NCBI GenBank assembly: GCA_963848595.1
Contig: CAWKEH010000007.1
Location: 53,231-117,230 of the forward strand
Length of the DNA stretch: 64,000 nt
Direction of reading: 5' to 3'
From: an uncultured Alphaproteobacteria bacterium
Lineage (GTDB): Bacteria > Pseudomonadota > Alphaproteobacteria > Acetobacterales > Acetobacteraceae
Shown here: piece by piece, positions 1 through 9,698 of the stretch
How the letters are laid out: every line of letters begins with the position of its first letter
How positions within the stretch are numbered: position 1 is the first letter of the stretch
The notes under the pieces: generated by a model
Told to the model about the DNA's origin: nothing
The model's input: only the letters and a program-made list of their open reading frames with translations
The model's database searches: none
Position numbers and translations under genes: made by a program

Positions 1-111
1 TTGGGGGGGCGCGGCAAAGGTGCTCGTCATGACTGAAAAGGAATAGAGCAGCGCTCCGCGGGCGGGAACCCCTATTCCTCGCGGCGCACGGCAAGGTAAT
101 CTAGGGTGTTC

Positions 112-199
112 GGATGGGTGGCCGAGCGGTTTAAGGCAGCGGTCTTGAAAACCGCCAACCCGCAAGGGTTCGTGGGTTCGAATCCCACCCCATCCGCCA
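112..199 (+). tRNA. tRNA-Ser (anticodon UGA)
   Basis: Cloverleaf readable by eye: acceptor GGATGGG/CCCATCC, anticodon stem GCGGT/ACCGC with loop CTTGAAA (anticodon TGA), long variable arm, T arm GTGGG-TTCGAAT-CCCAC, encoded CCA. Confidence 0.9.
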
Positions 200-250
200 C
201 AAAACACAAAAAGAGTTGCCCGCGCGCCCGCGCGCCATTACCGTGGCGCC

Positions 251-916
251 ATGAACGCGCTCGCGCCGCCGCTGCCGCGGCTCCTTGTCGAGGTCGTGCA
301 CGATCTGGTCTGCCCGTGGTGCTACCTCGGCTTCCGGCGCCTGCAGCGCACGCTCGTGCGGCGCCCCGACATCCTCTTCGACCTCGCCTGGCGCAGCTTC
401 CTGCTCAATCCCGACATGCCACGCGCCGGCATGGCGCGCGCCGACTACGTCCTGCGCAAGTTCGGCGGCGAGGATCGCGCCCGTCGCCTCTACACTTCCA
501 TCACCGAGATCGGCCGCGCCGAGCAGGTCGAGTTCCGCTTCGAGCGCATCCGCCGCACGCCCAGCAGCGTGGATGCCCATCGCCTGGTGCGCTGGACCGA
601 GCGCCAGGGCCGCGGGCGGGAGACGGTCGAGGCGCTGTTCGCCGCGCACTTCACTGATGGCCGCGACATCGGCGACCACGGCGTCCTGGCCGCGATCGCG
701 GGCGCTGCCGGGCTCGACGCCGTCGCAGCCCGGTTCTACCTGCGCGGGGACGACGACGTGGATTCCGTTCATGCCGACAATTTGCGCGCGCACCGCCTCG
801 GCATAAACGGCGTGCCCTGCTTCATCATCGCCGGGCGCCACGCCATCGCGGGGGCGCAGGAGCCGGAGGTGATCGAGCGCCTGCTCGACGTGGCGGCCGT
901 GGACGCCACGGCCTAG
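251..916 (+). CDS. DsbA family oxidoreductase (FrnE / 2-hydroxychromene-2-carboxylate isomerase-like)
   Basis: 221-aa ORF with a thioredoxin-type CPWC site near the N-terminus (VVHDLVCPWCYLGF) and a GVPCFII segment near the C-terminus, typical of this family. Confidence 0.8.
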   Translation: MNALAPPLPRLLVEVVHDLVCPWCYLGFRRLQRTLVRRPDILFDLAWRSFLLNPDMPRAGMARADYVLRKFGGEDRARRLYTSITEIGRAEQVEFRFERIRRTPSSVDAHRLVRWTERQGRGRETVEALFAAHFTDGRDIGDHGVLAAIAGAAGLDAVAARFYLRGDDDVDSVHADNLRAHRLGINGVPCFIIAGRHAIAGAQEPEVIERLLDVAAVDATA

Positions 917-1007
917 GGCCGCGCCGCCCGCCCGGACTCATCGCGCCGCGGAACGTCGTATATACTGAATCGCGCCCATCAGAAGCCCCCATGAAGGAGG
1001 TCCGTCT

Positions 1008-2615
1008 ATGCCGCTGCTGCGTTGCGCCGCACGTACCACAATACTCTGGACCACCCTTCTCCTCGCGACCGCCCTCTCGACGCCGGGCGCAACCGCCGCG
1101 ACGGCGACGGCGGACCAAGCTCAGGCCGTCGAGCGCGAGCTACACGACTGGCTTCACGCAATGCTCGGCACCGCCGTGATGCTGCCGGACCGTCCCGTCC
1201 AGCTCGTCCCTGAGGGCTCTGACTATGCCCTGCTCATCCCGTTCAACGCGAACACGGCGATCACCGGCCATCTCGCGCCCCAGGACGACGGGCGTTGGCT
1301 GCTCTCCGACGTGAAGCTTCCTTCGCCCGCCACCTTCACGCTCGATCTTCCCGTGCCTGCCCAGGGAAACGGGACGGCGAACGGGACCGCGCCAGAGCGT
1401 GCGGCAACGCGCACCTACCAGTTCAGCGTCGCCCGGCAGGAGATCACCGGGACCTTCGATCCGAGCTACAAGACCGCGAGCAGCCTTCATCATCGCTTCG
1501 AGGAGTTCCAGCTCAGCTCCAGCGGCGCCGGCATCCGGCAAACGACGCAGACGGCGCATGTCGCCGGCCAGACCACGGTAACCCCTGTCGCGGACGGCCG
1601 CTTCGACATCGCCTCCGAGAGCGCCTTCGACGGCTACGTCATGGACAACAAGCCGGAGGGAGGCGGCGTCGCCGTCCACGTAACGGCCGACCACGGTCAT
1701 ACGGAGGGCCAGATCAGCGGGCTCGCGTCCGATCAAGGCCCCGCGTTCCTGCGCGACGCGATCGGCTTCGTCACCAACGTCCTTCCAACGCTGTCCAAGA
1801 GCGGCCCGCCGGACCTGACAGCCGAGCAGCGCGCGCAGCTTCGCGGCCTGCTGGACGCGCTCGACGGGATCGCCTCCGGGCTGCACGCGGACTACGGGTT
1901 CGAGAACCTGCAAGTGCAGGCCGGCTCCCTCGGCGGCGTCGCCCGGCGCGCGCACCTCGACATCGGGGGCCAGGCGCCTAACAGCGTGCTCAACGTCTAT
2001 CTCGACCTCGGGGTGGAAGGCTTGAGCATCCCCGGCCTGCCCCTCGGCCCTTATGCCGACCTCGTGCCGACCGAGATCCACGTCAGGCCTACCCTCGCAG
2101 GAATCGGGACGAAGGAGTTGCTCACCCTCGCGCACCAGCTCCTCGATGCGGCGGACCGGAGTGCTTCGGATGGGAGCCAGGACACGCCCAGCCCCGCGCC
2201 CCTCTTCGCCCATGGCGGCATCGTCGCCGGGCTGGATGCCGTGTCCTTTAATCTCGGCCCCACCCGGTTCACCGGGCACGGCACGGTGACGATGACGAAG
2301 CCCGACGCCTATGACGGTCAGGGCCAGGTCGCGGCCACCAGCTTCGAAGCGCTGATGGATCGGGCGAAGCAGGATCCGACGATGGAGCAGGCCCTTGCCC
2401 TGCTCACCATCGCGAAAGGCATCGGCCGCACCAGCGGCGACCAGCTCGTCTGGGACATCACCTACGAGAACCGAAAGGTGCTCGTGAACGGCGTTGACAT
2501 CTTGGCGATGGCGGGCGCCGCAGGCAGCAACGGCGGCAGCCACGCGCGACCCTCCGGACGGCCGTCCGTGCCACCGCCCGCGCCCAGCCCGCCTGCCAAG
2601 CCCCCGCCGCAGTAG
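1008..2615 (+). CDS. hypothetical secreted protein with Pro-rich C-terminal tail
   Basis: 535-aa ORF with an N-terminal hydrophobic signal-like segment (TTLLLATALSTPGATAATA) and a PPPAPSPPAKPPPQ tail. No family recognisable by eye. The antisense ORF 1140..2726 is judged a GC shadow. Confidence 0.55.
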   Translation: MPLLRCAARTTILWTTLLLATALSTPGATAATATADQAQAVERELHDWLHAMLGTAVMLPDRPVQLVPEGSDYALLIPFNANTAITGHLAPQDDGRWLLSDVKLPSPATFTLDLPVPAQGNGTANGTAPERAATRTYQFSVARQEITGTFDPSYKTASSLHHRFEEFQLSSSGAGIRQTTQTAHVAGQTTVTPVADGRFDIASESAFDGYVMDNKPEGGGVAVHVTADHGHTEGQISGLASDQGPAFLRDAIGFVTNVLPTLSKSGPPDLTAEQRAQLRGLLDALDGIASGLHADYGFENLQVQAGSLGGVARRAHLDIGGQAPNSVLNVYLDLGVEGLSIPGLPLGPYADLVPTEIHVRPTLAGIGTKELLTLAHQLLDAADRSASDGSQDTPSPAPLFAHGGIVAGLDAVSFNLGPTRFTGHGTVTMTKPDAYDGQGQVAATSFEALMDRAKQDPTMEQALALLTIAKGIGRTSGDQLVWDITYENRKVLVNGVDILAMAGAAGSNGGSHARPSGRPSVPPPAPSPPAKPPPQ

Positions 2616-2623
2616 GCGCTCGT

Positions 2624-2734
2624 GGTCTGATGCCGACGCTTGGTTCCCAAGCGTTGGCTGAATCAGACCACCAGAGAGTCGCTGGTGGTGCGATGCCGAC
2701 AGATGGTGGGAACCATCTGTCGGCATCGCACCAC
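2624..2734. repeat. tandem long hairpins (REP-like / bidirectional terminator) between convergent genes
   Basis: Hairpin 1 (2624..2669) is ggtctgatgccgacgcttgg / ccaagcgttggctgaatcagacc. Hairpin 2 (2685..2734) is a perfect 23-bp stem, gtggtgcgatgccgacagatggt-ggga-accatctgtcggcatcgcaccac. Confidence 0.75.
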
Positions 2735-2816
2735 TAGGCCGCCTTCGCGCCCTGGCTCGCGAGGCGGGTGAGCTGCTGCAGCACGCTGCGCCCGGCGCGC
2801 AGGCGCTCGGCGACAG

Positions 2817-5800
2817 TCATGTCCTGGACGAGTGCCAACTTGTGGTCCGGGCGCAGCCGCATCGCCGCGCTGTCGCGCTTGCCGCCGCCCGAGAGCCCCC
2901 CCTTGAAAGCCACTGCACGAGGCCCGCCGGGTTGCCGAACTGATTGCCGCGGAACCCCAGCACCATCCCCTTGGGGCCGGCTTCCAGCTTCTCGACGCCG
3001 GCCTCGCGGCAGAGCCGCTTGAGTGCCACCACTTGCAGCAGGTTCTCGACCTCCTCCGGCAGCGGGCCGAAGCGGTCCACCAGCTCCGCCGCCATCGCCT
3101 CGCCCTCCGCGTCGGAGGTGAGCGCGCCGATGCGCCGGTAGAGGCCGAGGCGGACGGGAAGCTCGGCGACGTAGGTGTCCGGGATCAGCACCGGCAAGCC
3201 GAGCTGAATCTGCGGCGTCCAGTCCCGGTCGGCGGCCTTCGCCCGGCCCCGCTCGGCGCGCAGCTCGGCGACCGCGTCCTCAAGCATCTGCTGATAGAGC
3301 TCGATGCCGACCTCCCGGATGTGGCCGCTCTGCTCGTCGCCGAGCAGGTTGCCCGCGCCGCGGATGTCCAGGTCGTGGGACGCCAGCGTGAACCCGGCGC
3401 CCAGGCTGTCGAGCGTCTGCATCACCTCGAGCCGCTTCTGCGCGGCCGGCGAGAGGCGGTGGCTCTGCGGCCAGGTCAGGTAGGCGTAGCCGCGTTGCTT
3501 GCCGCGGCCGACCCGCCCGCGGAGCTGATAGAGCTGGCCCAGGCCGAACATGTCCGCCCGGTGGACGACGAGCGTATTCACCGCCGGCATGTCGAGGCCG
3601 CTCTCGACGATGTTGGTGCTCAGCAGGATGTCGAATTTGCCGTCGCTGAACTCGGTCATCACGCGCTCGAGCTCGGTCGGCGCGAGGCGGCCGTGGGCCT
3701 GGATCATGCGCGCCTCGGGCACGATCTCGCGCAGGCGTTCGGCCATGCGATCCAAGTCCTCGATCCGGGGCACGACGCAGAACACCTGGCCGCCGCGGAA
3801 CCGCTCGCGCTGCAGCGCCTCGCGGATCACCACCCCGTCGAACGGCGTGATGAAGGTGCGAACCGCGAGCCGGTCCGCAGGCGGCGTCGCGATCAGGCTC
3901 ATCTCGCGAACGCCCGTGAGCGCTAGCTGCAAGGTGCGCGGGATGGGCGTCGCCGTGAGCGTGAGGACGTGGACGTCCGCCCGGAGCTGCTTGAGCCGCT
4001 CCTTGTGGGCGACGCCGAAATGCTGCTCCTCGTCCACGACGAGCAGGCCTAGATCGGCGAACTCGATCCCCTTGGCGAGCAGCGCGTGCGTGCCGATCAC
4101 GATGTTGACGGCACCGTCCTTGAGGCCGCGCCGGACCTCGGCTGCTTCTTTCGCCGGCACCATGCGCGAGAGCTGGGCGACGCGCACGGGGAGACCCTCG
4201 AAACGGGCCGAGAACGTCCGGAAGTGCTGCCGCGAGAGCAGCGTGGTGGGCACGACAACGGCGACCTGGGCGCCGCTCATGGCGGCGACGAAGGCGGCCC
4301 GGAGCGCCACCTCGGTCTTGCCGAAGCCAACGTCGCCGCAGATCAGCCGGTCCATGGGCCGGCCGCTCGCCATGTCCTCCAGGACGTCCGCGATGGCGCG
4401 CGTTTGGTCCTCGGTCTCGACGAAGGGGAAGCGTGCACAGAACTCGTCCCACGTCCCTTCCGCGGGTGCCAACGTCGGCGCCTCGCGCATCCGGCGCTCG
4501 GCCGCGGTGCGGATCAGCTCGCCGGCCATGTCGCGGATGCGCTGCTTCATGCGCGCCTTCCGCGTCTGCCACGCGGCGCCGCCGAGCTTGTCGAGCGCCA
4601 CGCCCGCGGTCTCGCTGCCGAAGCGGCTCAGCAGCTCGATGTTCTCGACGGGGAGGTAGAGCTTCTCGTTGCTGTCGTAGAGGAGGCGCAGGCAATCGTG
4701 CGGCGCCGGGTCGATGCGCAAGGTCTCCAGCCCGTCGTAGCGGCCGATGCCGTAATCCTGGTGGACGATCAGGTCGCCCTCGGCCAGCTCGGTGGCCTCG
4801 GCGATGAACTCGTCGGCACGCTTGCGCCGGCGCGGCGGACGGCTGATGCGCTCGCCGAGAAGGTCCTGCTCGCCGACGATCGCCGCCCCGCCTCCGGCAG
4901 CGTCGCCGATGAAGCCGCGCTCCAGGCCGAGGACGATGACGGGAACGACCGGGGCCGGCAGGGCCAGGCACGCTGCCCAGCTCTCCGCGGCCTCGGCGCG
5001 GAAGCCGTTCTCGTGCAGCATGTGCTGCAGTCGCTCGCGCGAGCCGCGCGTCCAGGCGGCCACGACGAGCCGCTTGCCCCCGTCCTTCTGGCTAGCGTCC
5101 TTCTGGCCAGCCCAGGCGGTAGCCTGCTCGCGTAGCTGGTCGAAGACGCCTGAGCCGATCTGGCCGCCGGCCTTAGTGAACACGGTGCCCGGCCGCCCGC
5201 CCGCGTCGGCCCCGGCCGCGCCCGCCGGCTTGCCATAGGGGCTGAACTGGACCGGCTGGGCAGGTGCGAGCATCGCGTCCCACTGCGCCCGATCGAGGTA
5301 GAGCCGGCCCGGCGGCAGCGGGCGGTAGGGCGTCTCGCCCTCGCGCGCCGGGGCGCGGCGGGCGTCGTAGTGGTCCGCGATCATCTCGAGCCGTGCCGCG
5401 AGCGCCTCCTCGGCTTGGTGATCGAGGCTCGCGGCTGGGTCAGGCAGGTAGTCGAGCACGGTCTCCATGTGCTCGTGGAACAAGGGCACCCAGTGCTCAA
5501 GGCCGGGATGCCGATGCCCCTCGGAGACCGAGACATAAAGCGGATCGCTGGCCGCACCCGGCCCGAACATCTCGCGATACCCTTCCCGGAAGCGCGAGAT
5601 GCTTGCCGGGTCGAGCGGGACCTCGGAGACGGGGCGAAGGGTAAGCGCTTGCAGCCGGTCGGTGCTGCGCTGGGAGGCCGGGTCGAAGCGGCGTATGCTC
5701 TCGATCTGATCGCCGAACAGGTCGAGCCGCACCGGTGCCGGCTCGCCCGCGGGGAAGAGATCGAGGATGCCGCCACGGCTCGCGTATTCGCCCGGCTCCA

Positions 5801-6239
5801 TCACGGTGCCCGCCCGGTTGTAACCGTTCGCTTCGAGGAAGCGGATGACGAAGTCCGGGTCGGCCGTACCGCCCGCGCGGAGGCTCAGCGTAGCACCCTG
5901 GAATGCATCGCGCGGCGGGACGTGCTGGACGAGGGCGTTCACCGTGGTGAGAACGATTCGGGGCTTCGTGCCGGGCGGTTCCACGAGCCGCGCCAGGGTC
6001 GCGACGCGCTCGCTCACGATTTCCGGGTTGGGGGAGACGCGGTCGTAGGGCAGGCAGTCCCAGGCCGGGAAGCGCACGACTTCGACCTCGGGGGCGAAGA
6101 AGGCCAGCGCTTCGGCGAGCCGGGCCATGCGCGCATCGTCGCGGCAGACATGGAGCACGCTGCCCCGATGGTCGCGGCGGCGCTGGGCGAGGAGGAGGGC
6201 GTCGTAACCCTCAGGGGCGCCGTAGAGAGTCGCAGTCAT
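2817..6239 (-). CDS. mfd: transcription-repair coupling factor Mfd (3' end apparently frameshifted; restored reading would end at 2734)
   Basis: 1140-aa ORF with a UvrB-homology N-terminus, a CarD/TRCF domain and superfamily-2 helicase motifs (GDVGFGKTEVA, DEEQHFGV, TATPIPRT). The last ~30 aa are nonsense, while another frame encodes a typical Mfd tail. Confidence 0.93.
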   Translation of the reverse strand: MTATLYGAPEGYDALLLAQRRRDHRGSVLHVCRDDARMARLAEALAFFAPEVEVVRFPAWDCLPYDRVSPNPEIVSERVATLARLVEPPGTKPRIVLTTVNALVQHVPPRDAFQGATLSLRAGGTADPDFVIRFLEANGYNRAGTVMEPGEYASRGGILDLFPAGEPAPVRLDLFGDQIESIRRFDPASQRSTDRLQALTLRPVSEVPLDPASISRFREGYREMFGPGAASDPLYVSVSEGHRHPGLEHWVPLFHEHMETVLDYLPDPAASLDHQAEEALAARLEMIADHYDARRAPAREGETPYRPLPPGRLYLDRAQWDAMLAPAQPVQFSPYGKPAGAAGADAGGRPGTVFTKAGGQIGSGVFDQLREQATAWAGQKDASQKDGGKRLVVAAWTRGSRERLQHMLHENGFRAEAAESWAACLALPAPVVPVIVLGLERGFIGDAAGGGAAIVGEQDLLGERISRPPRRRKRADEFIAEATELAEGDLIVHQDYGIGRYDGLETLRIDPAPHDCLRLLYDSNEKLYLPVENIELLSRFGSETAGVALDKLGGAAWQTRKARMKQRIRDMAGELIRTAAERRMREAPTLAPAEGTWDEFCARFPFVETEDQTRAIADVLEDMASGRPMDRLICGDVGFGKTEVALRAAFVAAMSGAQVAVVVPTTLLSRQHFRTFSARFEGLPVRVAQLSRMVPAKEAAEVRRGLKDGAVNIVIGTHALLAKGIEFADLGLLVVDEEQHFGVAHKERLKQLRADVHVLTLTATPIPRTLQLALTGVREMSLIATPPADRLAVRTFITPFDGVVIREALQRERFRGGQVFCVVPRIEDLDRMAERLREIVPEARMIQAHGRLAPTELERVMTEFSDGKFDILLSTNIVESGLDMPAVNTLVVHRADMFGLGQLYQLRGRVGRGKQRGYAYLTWPQSHRLSPAAQKRLEVMQTLDSLGAGFTLASHDLDIRGAGNLLGDEQSGHIREVGIELYQQMLEDAVAELRAERGRAKAADRDWTPQIQLGLPVLIPDTYVAELPVRLGLYRRIGALTSDAEGEAMAAELVDRFGPLPEEVENLLQVVALKRLCREAGVEKLEAGPKGMVLGFRGNQFGNPAGLVQWLSRGGSRAAASATARRCGCARTTSWHSSRT

Positions 6240-6548
6240 CTATCGTTCCTCGGCCGCCTCGCGAATGGCCCGAAGCATGGGCGAGTCCAGCTCGTCTGGT
6301 ATGGGCCGGCGGCCGGTCAGCCAGTCGGCGAGATCCACGTCCGGCAGCTCCATCACCGCCTCCAGGGCGTCCAGCTCCGCATCACTGAAGCGCGCGATGC
6401 GCGCCTGCACGAAGCCGCCGACGAGCAGGTCGTTCTCGTAGGTGCCGCGATGGGTTGCCCGGAACAGGAGACGGCGGCGGCGGGTGTCAAGGGGTTCGGG
6501 ACTTGGGAGCATGGGGCCGCGCAGCATATAGAGGCGAGTTCCTACCAC
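6240..6548 (-). CDS. sdhE: FAD assembly factor SdhE (succinate dehydrogenase assembly factor 2 family)
   Basis: About 100-aa ORF with the RRRLLFRATHRGTYENDLLVGGF motif typical of SdhE/DUF339. It sits between mfd and recG as in many alphaproteobacteria. The start may be an internal Met. Confidence 0.8.
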   Translation of the reverse strand: MVGTRLYMLRGPMLPSPEPLDTRRRRLLFRATHRGTYENDLLVGGFVQARIARFSDAELDALEAVMELPDVDLADWLTGRRPIPDELDSPMLRAIREAAEER

Positions 6549-6565
6549 TGTCAGCCCAGCATCCT

Positions 6566-8620
6566 GTGGACGCCGATCCGCTCCTGCCTCTCCTCGCCCC
6601 TGTGACCAGCCTGCGCGGCGTCGGCCCGGAGACGGCGTCGCGTATCGAGCGGGTGGCCGGCGGCGTGCGGGTCATGGACCTGCTGCTGCACATGCCGGAG
6701 GGTTACGTTGATCGCCGGGCCAGTCCGCGGCGGCTCGCCGAGGCACATCCCGGCCAAGTCGTCACGGTCGAGGTCCAAGTCGTTCAGGTCGAGCCGGGAA
6801 CTGGCCGCCAGCCCTGGCGCGTCCGCTGCACGGACGGGACGGCGGGACTGCACCTCGTCTATTTCCACCAGCGCCCGCCACGCCACGCCACGCCCGGCGC
6901 GCGCCTGGTGGTCTCCGGCAAGCTCGACAGCTACGGCGGGCAGCTTCAGATGGACAAGCCGGATCACGTCCTCCTCGCTGCGCAGCGGCACCTGCTGCCG
7001 CCCGTCGAGCCGGTGTGGCCGCTGACCGCCCGGCTGTTCCCGAGCCAGCTCCGCGCCGCCCTGTGGAGCGCACTGGAGCGGGTGCCGACCCTCCCCGAAT
7101 GGCACGACCCGCACCTGATGCGGCGCGAGGACTGGCCGGGCTTCGCCGAGGCCCTACGCGAGGTGCAGGCGCCCACCGCGCCACCGCGCGAGGTCGCCCG
7201 GCAGCGCCTCGCCTACGACGAGCTGCTCGCCCACCAAGTGGCACTCGCCTACGTCCGCACGCGCGAGCGGCAGCGGCCTGGCCGATCCCTGCTCGGCGAC
7301 AACAGGCTGCGCGAGGCGGCGCTCGCCCGGTTCGGCCAACCGCTCACGCCTTCGCAAGAGCAAGCCTTCGCGGAGATCGACGAGGATCTGGGCGCCCCGC
7401 GCCGGATGCTGCGCCTCCTCCAAGGCGACGTGGGCAGCGGCAAGACGCTGGTAGCCCTGCTCGCCATGCTCCGCGCCGCCGAGGCGGGCGCCCAGGCCGC
7501 GATCATGGCGCCCACGGAAGTGCTGGCCCTGCAGCACCACCGCACGCTGACCCGGCTCTGCCCCATCCCGGTCGGGCTGCTCACCGGCTCGGTCAAGGGC
7601 GTCGCCCGGCGCAATTTGCTCATGCAGCTCGCCAACGGCAGCCTGAAGCTCGTCGTCGGCACGCACGCCTTGTTCCAGGAGAGCGTGCGCTTCCGGGACC
7701 TCGCCCTTGCCGTCATTGACGAGCAGCACCGGTTCGGCGTGGATCAGCGCCTCAGCCTCGGGGAGAAGGGCGAACGGACGGACGTTCTCGTGATGACCGC
7801 GACGCCGATCCCGCGCACGCTGCTGCTGACGCAGTGGGGCGAGATGGAGGTGAGCCGCCTCACTGAGAAGCCGGCCGGGCGGCAGCCGGTCCGCACGACC
7901 CTGCACTCGCTCGCCCTGGAAGAGGAATTGCTCGCCGGCATCGCCCGCGCCCTCGACCGGGGAGAGCAGATCTACTGGGTCTGCCCGCTCGTCGCCGAGA
8001 GCGAGCTGGTGGACCTCGCCGCGGCCGAGGCACGCTTCGCCATGCTGCACGAGCGGTTCGGCGACCGGATCGGCCTCGCGCACGGACGACAGGACGCGGC
8101 GGTGCGCGACGCGGCGCTCGCGCGGTTCGCGTCCGGGGACACGCGGCTGCTGGTCGCGACGACGGTGGTCGAGGTGGGCGTGGACGTGCCCGAGGCGAGC
8201 GTCATGGTCGTGGAGCACGCGGAGCGATTCGGCCTCGCCCAGCTTCACCAGCTCCGCGGCCGGGTCGGGCGCGGCGCGGCGCAGAGCTACTGCCTGCTGC
8301 TCCACGAGGACGGGCTGACGGACACGATGCGGCGGCGGCTCGCGCTGCTGCGCGACACCGAGGACGGATTCCTGATCGCCGACGAGGATTTCCGCCTGCG
8401 GGGCGGCGGCGAGTTGATGGGCAAGCGGCAGTCCGGGCTGCCGGGCTTCCGCGTCGCCGACCTCACCGTGCACGACGGATTGCTGCGCATGGCGCGGCAG
8501 GACGCGGCGGTGCTGCTGGAGCGCGACCCCAAGCTAGAGACGCCGCGCGGCCGGGCGATGCGGCTGCTGCTGCGGCTGTTCGAGCGGGGACCGGCGCTCA
8601 GGACGTTGGGGTCGGGTTAG
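6566..8620 (+). CDS. recG: ATP-dependent DNA helicase RecG
   Basis: Wedge domain plus helicase motifs (GDVGSGKTLVA, DEQHRFGV, TATPIPRT, QLHQLRGRVGRG). A GTG at 6566 gives the usual N-terminus (LLPLLAPVTSLRGVGP). The longer ORF from 6455 overlaps sdhE. Confidence 0.9.
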   Translation: MDADPLLPLLAPVTSLRGVGPETASRIERVAGGVRVMDLLLHMPEGYVDRRASPRRLAEAHPGQVVTVEVQVVQVEPGTGRQPWRVRCTDGTAGLHLVYFHQRPPRHATPGARLVVSGKLDSYGGQLQMDKPDHVLLAAQRHLLPPVEPVWPLTARLFPSQLRAALWSALERVPTLPEWHDPHLMRREDWPGFAEALREVQAPTAPPREVARQRLAYDELLAHQVALAYVRTRERQRPGRSLLGDNRLREAALARFGQPLTPSQEQAFAEIDEDLGAPRRMLRLLQGDVGSGKTLVALLAMLRAAEAGAQAAIMAPTEVLALQHHRTLTRLCPIPVGLLTGSVKGVARRNLLMQLANGSLKLVVGTHALFQESVRFRDLALAVIDEQHRFGVDQRLSLGEKGERTDVLVMTATPIPRTLLLTQWGEMEVSRLTEKPAGRQPVRTTLHSLALEEELLAGIARALDRGEQIYWVCPLVAESELVDLAAAEARFAMLHERFGDRIGLAHGRQDAAVRDAALARFASGDTRLLVATTVVEVGVDVPEASVMVVEHAERFGLAQLHQLRGRVGRGAAQSYCLLLHEDGLTDTMRRRLALLRDTEDGFLIADEDFRLRGGGELMGKRQSGLPGFRVADLTVHDGLLRMARQDAAVLLERDPKLETPRGRAMRLLLRLFERGPALRTLGSG

Positions 8621-8696
8621 AAAAGGCCTTCAGCTTAGACGGCCTTCGTCAACCTCCGATCTTGGAATGATTGGAGCATCTGCATGGCGTGCCTGC

Positions 8697-9687
8697 TCAG
8701 ACGCCCTCGTAAACCAGTCTCGTGAAGAAGCCGGGGTCGATCACGAAATTGCCGAACTTGTCATCGAACGCGGCTGTCGGCTTGGCCGCGACAGTCTCAT
8801 CGCGCGAACGTCCCTGCTTCTTAAGCGCGGCGACCTTCTCGCGGATGGTGACGAGCATGTCGCGGAATTCCTTGAGCTCGGCCTTGGTGCCGACGGCTTT
8901 GCCGTGACCGGCAATGATAATGGTGTCGTCCGTCGTCGCGGCGAGGTTGGCGTCGGACGCCGCGATCATCCCGTCGATGCTACCGCCGGTCGAGTAGTCG
9001 ATGAACGGGTAGATGCCATTCCAGAAAGTGTCGGCCACGTGAACGACGTTTGCCTCTGTGAACGTCACAGAGATGTCGCTGTCGGTGTGCGCCGGGCCGT
9101 AATGCTTGAGCGCAATCGTCAACCCGTTGAGTCTGAGGCTACGCTCGCGGGCAAACACCTCGCTGGGAATTCCACCTGTCGGCAGCGGGAGGAAGTTGTA
9201 GTCCCAATCCTCCACGCGCTGTACCTGCGACAGGGTACTTGCGCGTGTTCTCCTGAGCTATGATCTTGGCGCCCGCCGCGTTGAGCCAAGCGTTGCCGTC
9301 GGTATGATCGAAGTGCCAGTGGGTGTTGATCAGGTGCGTGATCGGATCGGCGCCGAGGCCTGCGAGAGTCCTGGTCAGCTGCGGGCGTGAGACACCGATG
9401 CCGGCATCGATCAGCACCTTGCCGTCAGGGCCCGTCAGCACGGCGACGGCGCCGCCCGAACCTTCGAGCACGGCGATGTTGTCGCGTAGCTTGTGGGTGA
9501 TGATCGGCGACGCGGCGGCGCTGTCCTTGATCAGGCTGACGAGGCCGCGCGCCTCCGCGAACACCTGGCGTGGCGTGAGCCACGCTCCCGCGGCAGCCGC
9601 GCCGCCGACGCAGCAAAGGCAAAAGCCACGTCGAGACAGAAAACCTCTCCCTGGAACTCCCACGGCACCGTCGCTCCCGTCTCGCAT
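8697..9687 (-). pseudogene. MBL-fold metallo-hydrolase with Tat-like signal, interrupted by a frameshift near 9233-9235
   Basis: The N-terminal part (SRRGFCLCCVGGAAAAGAW, HWHFDHTDGN) lies at the end of ORF 9139..10680. The C-terminal part (HTDSD, GHG) lies in ORF 8697..9215. The frames switch at a CCC run. Confidence 0.7.
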
Positions 9688-9698
9688 CGCTCGGTCTT

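Noticed and set aside
1140-2726. 528-aa minus-strand ORF opposite the secreted hypothetical protein
   Set aside because: It has low-complexity Arg/Gly/Ala content. The plus-strand ORF has a signal peptide and more protein-like composition. This remains the less certain of these calls.
6455-6565. Upstream extension of the recG ORF
   Set aside because: It overlaps the sdhE coding region on the other strand. The conserved RecG N-terminus starts at GTG 6566.
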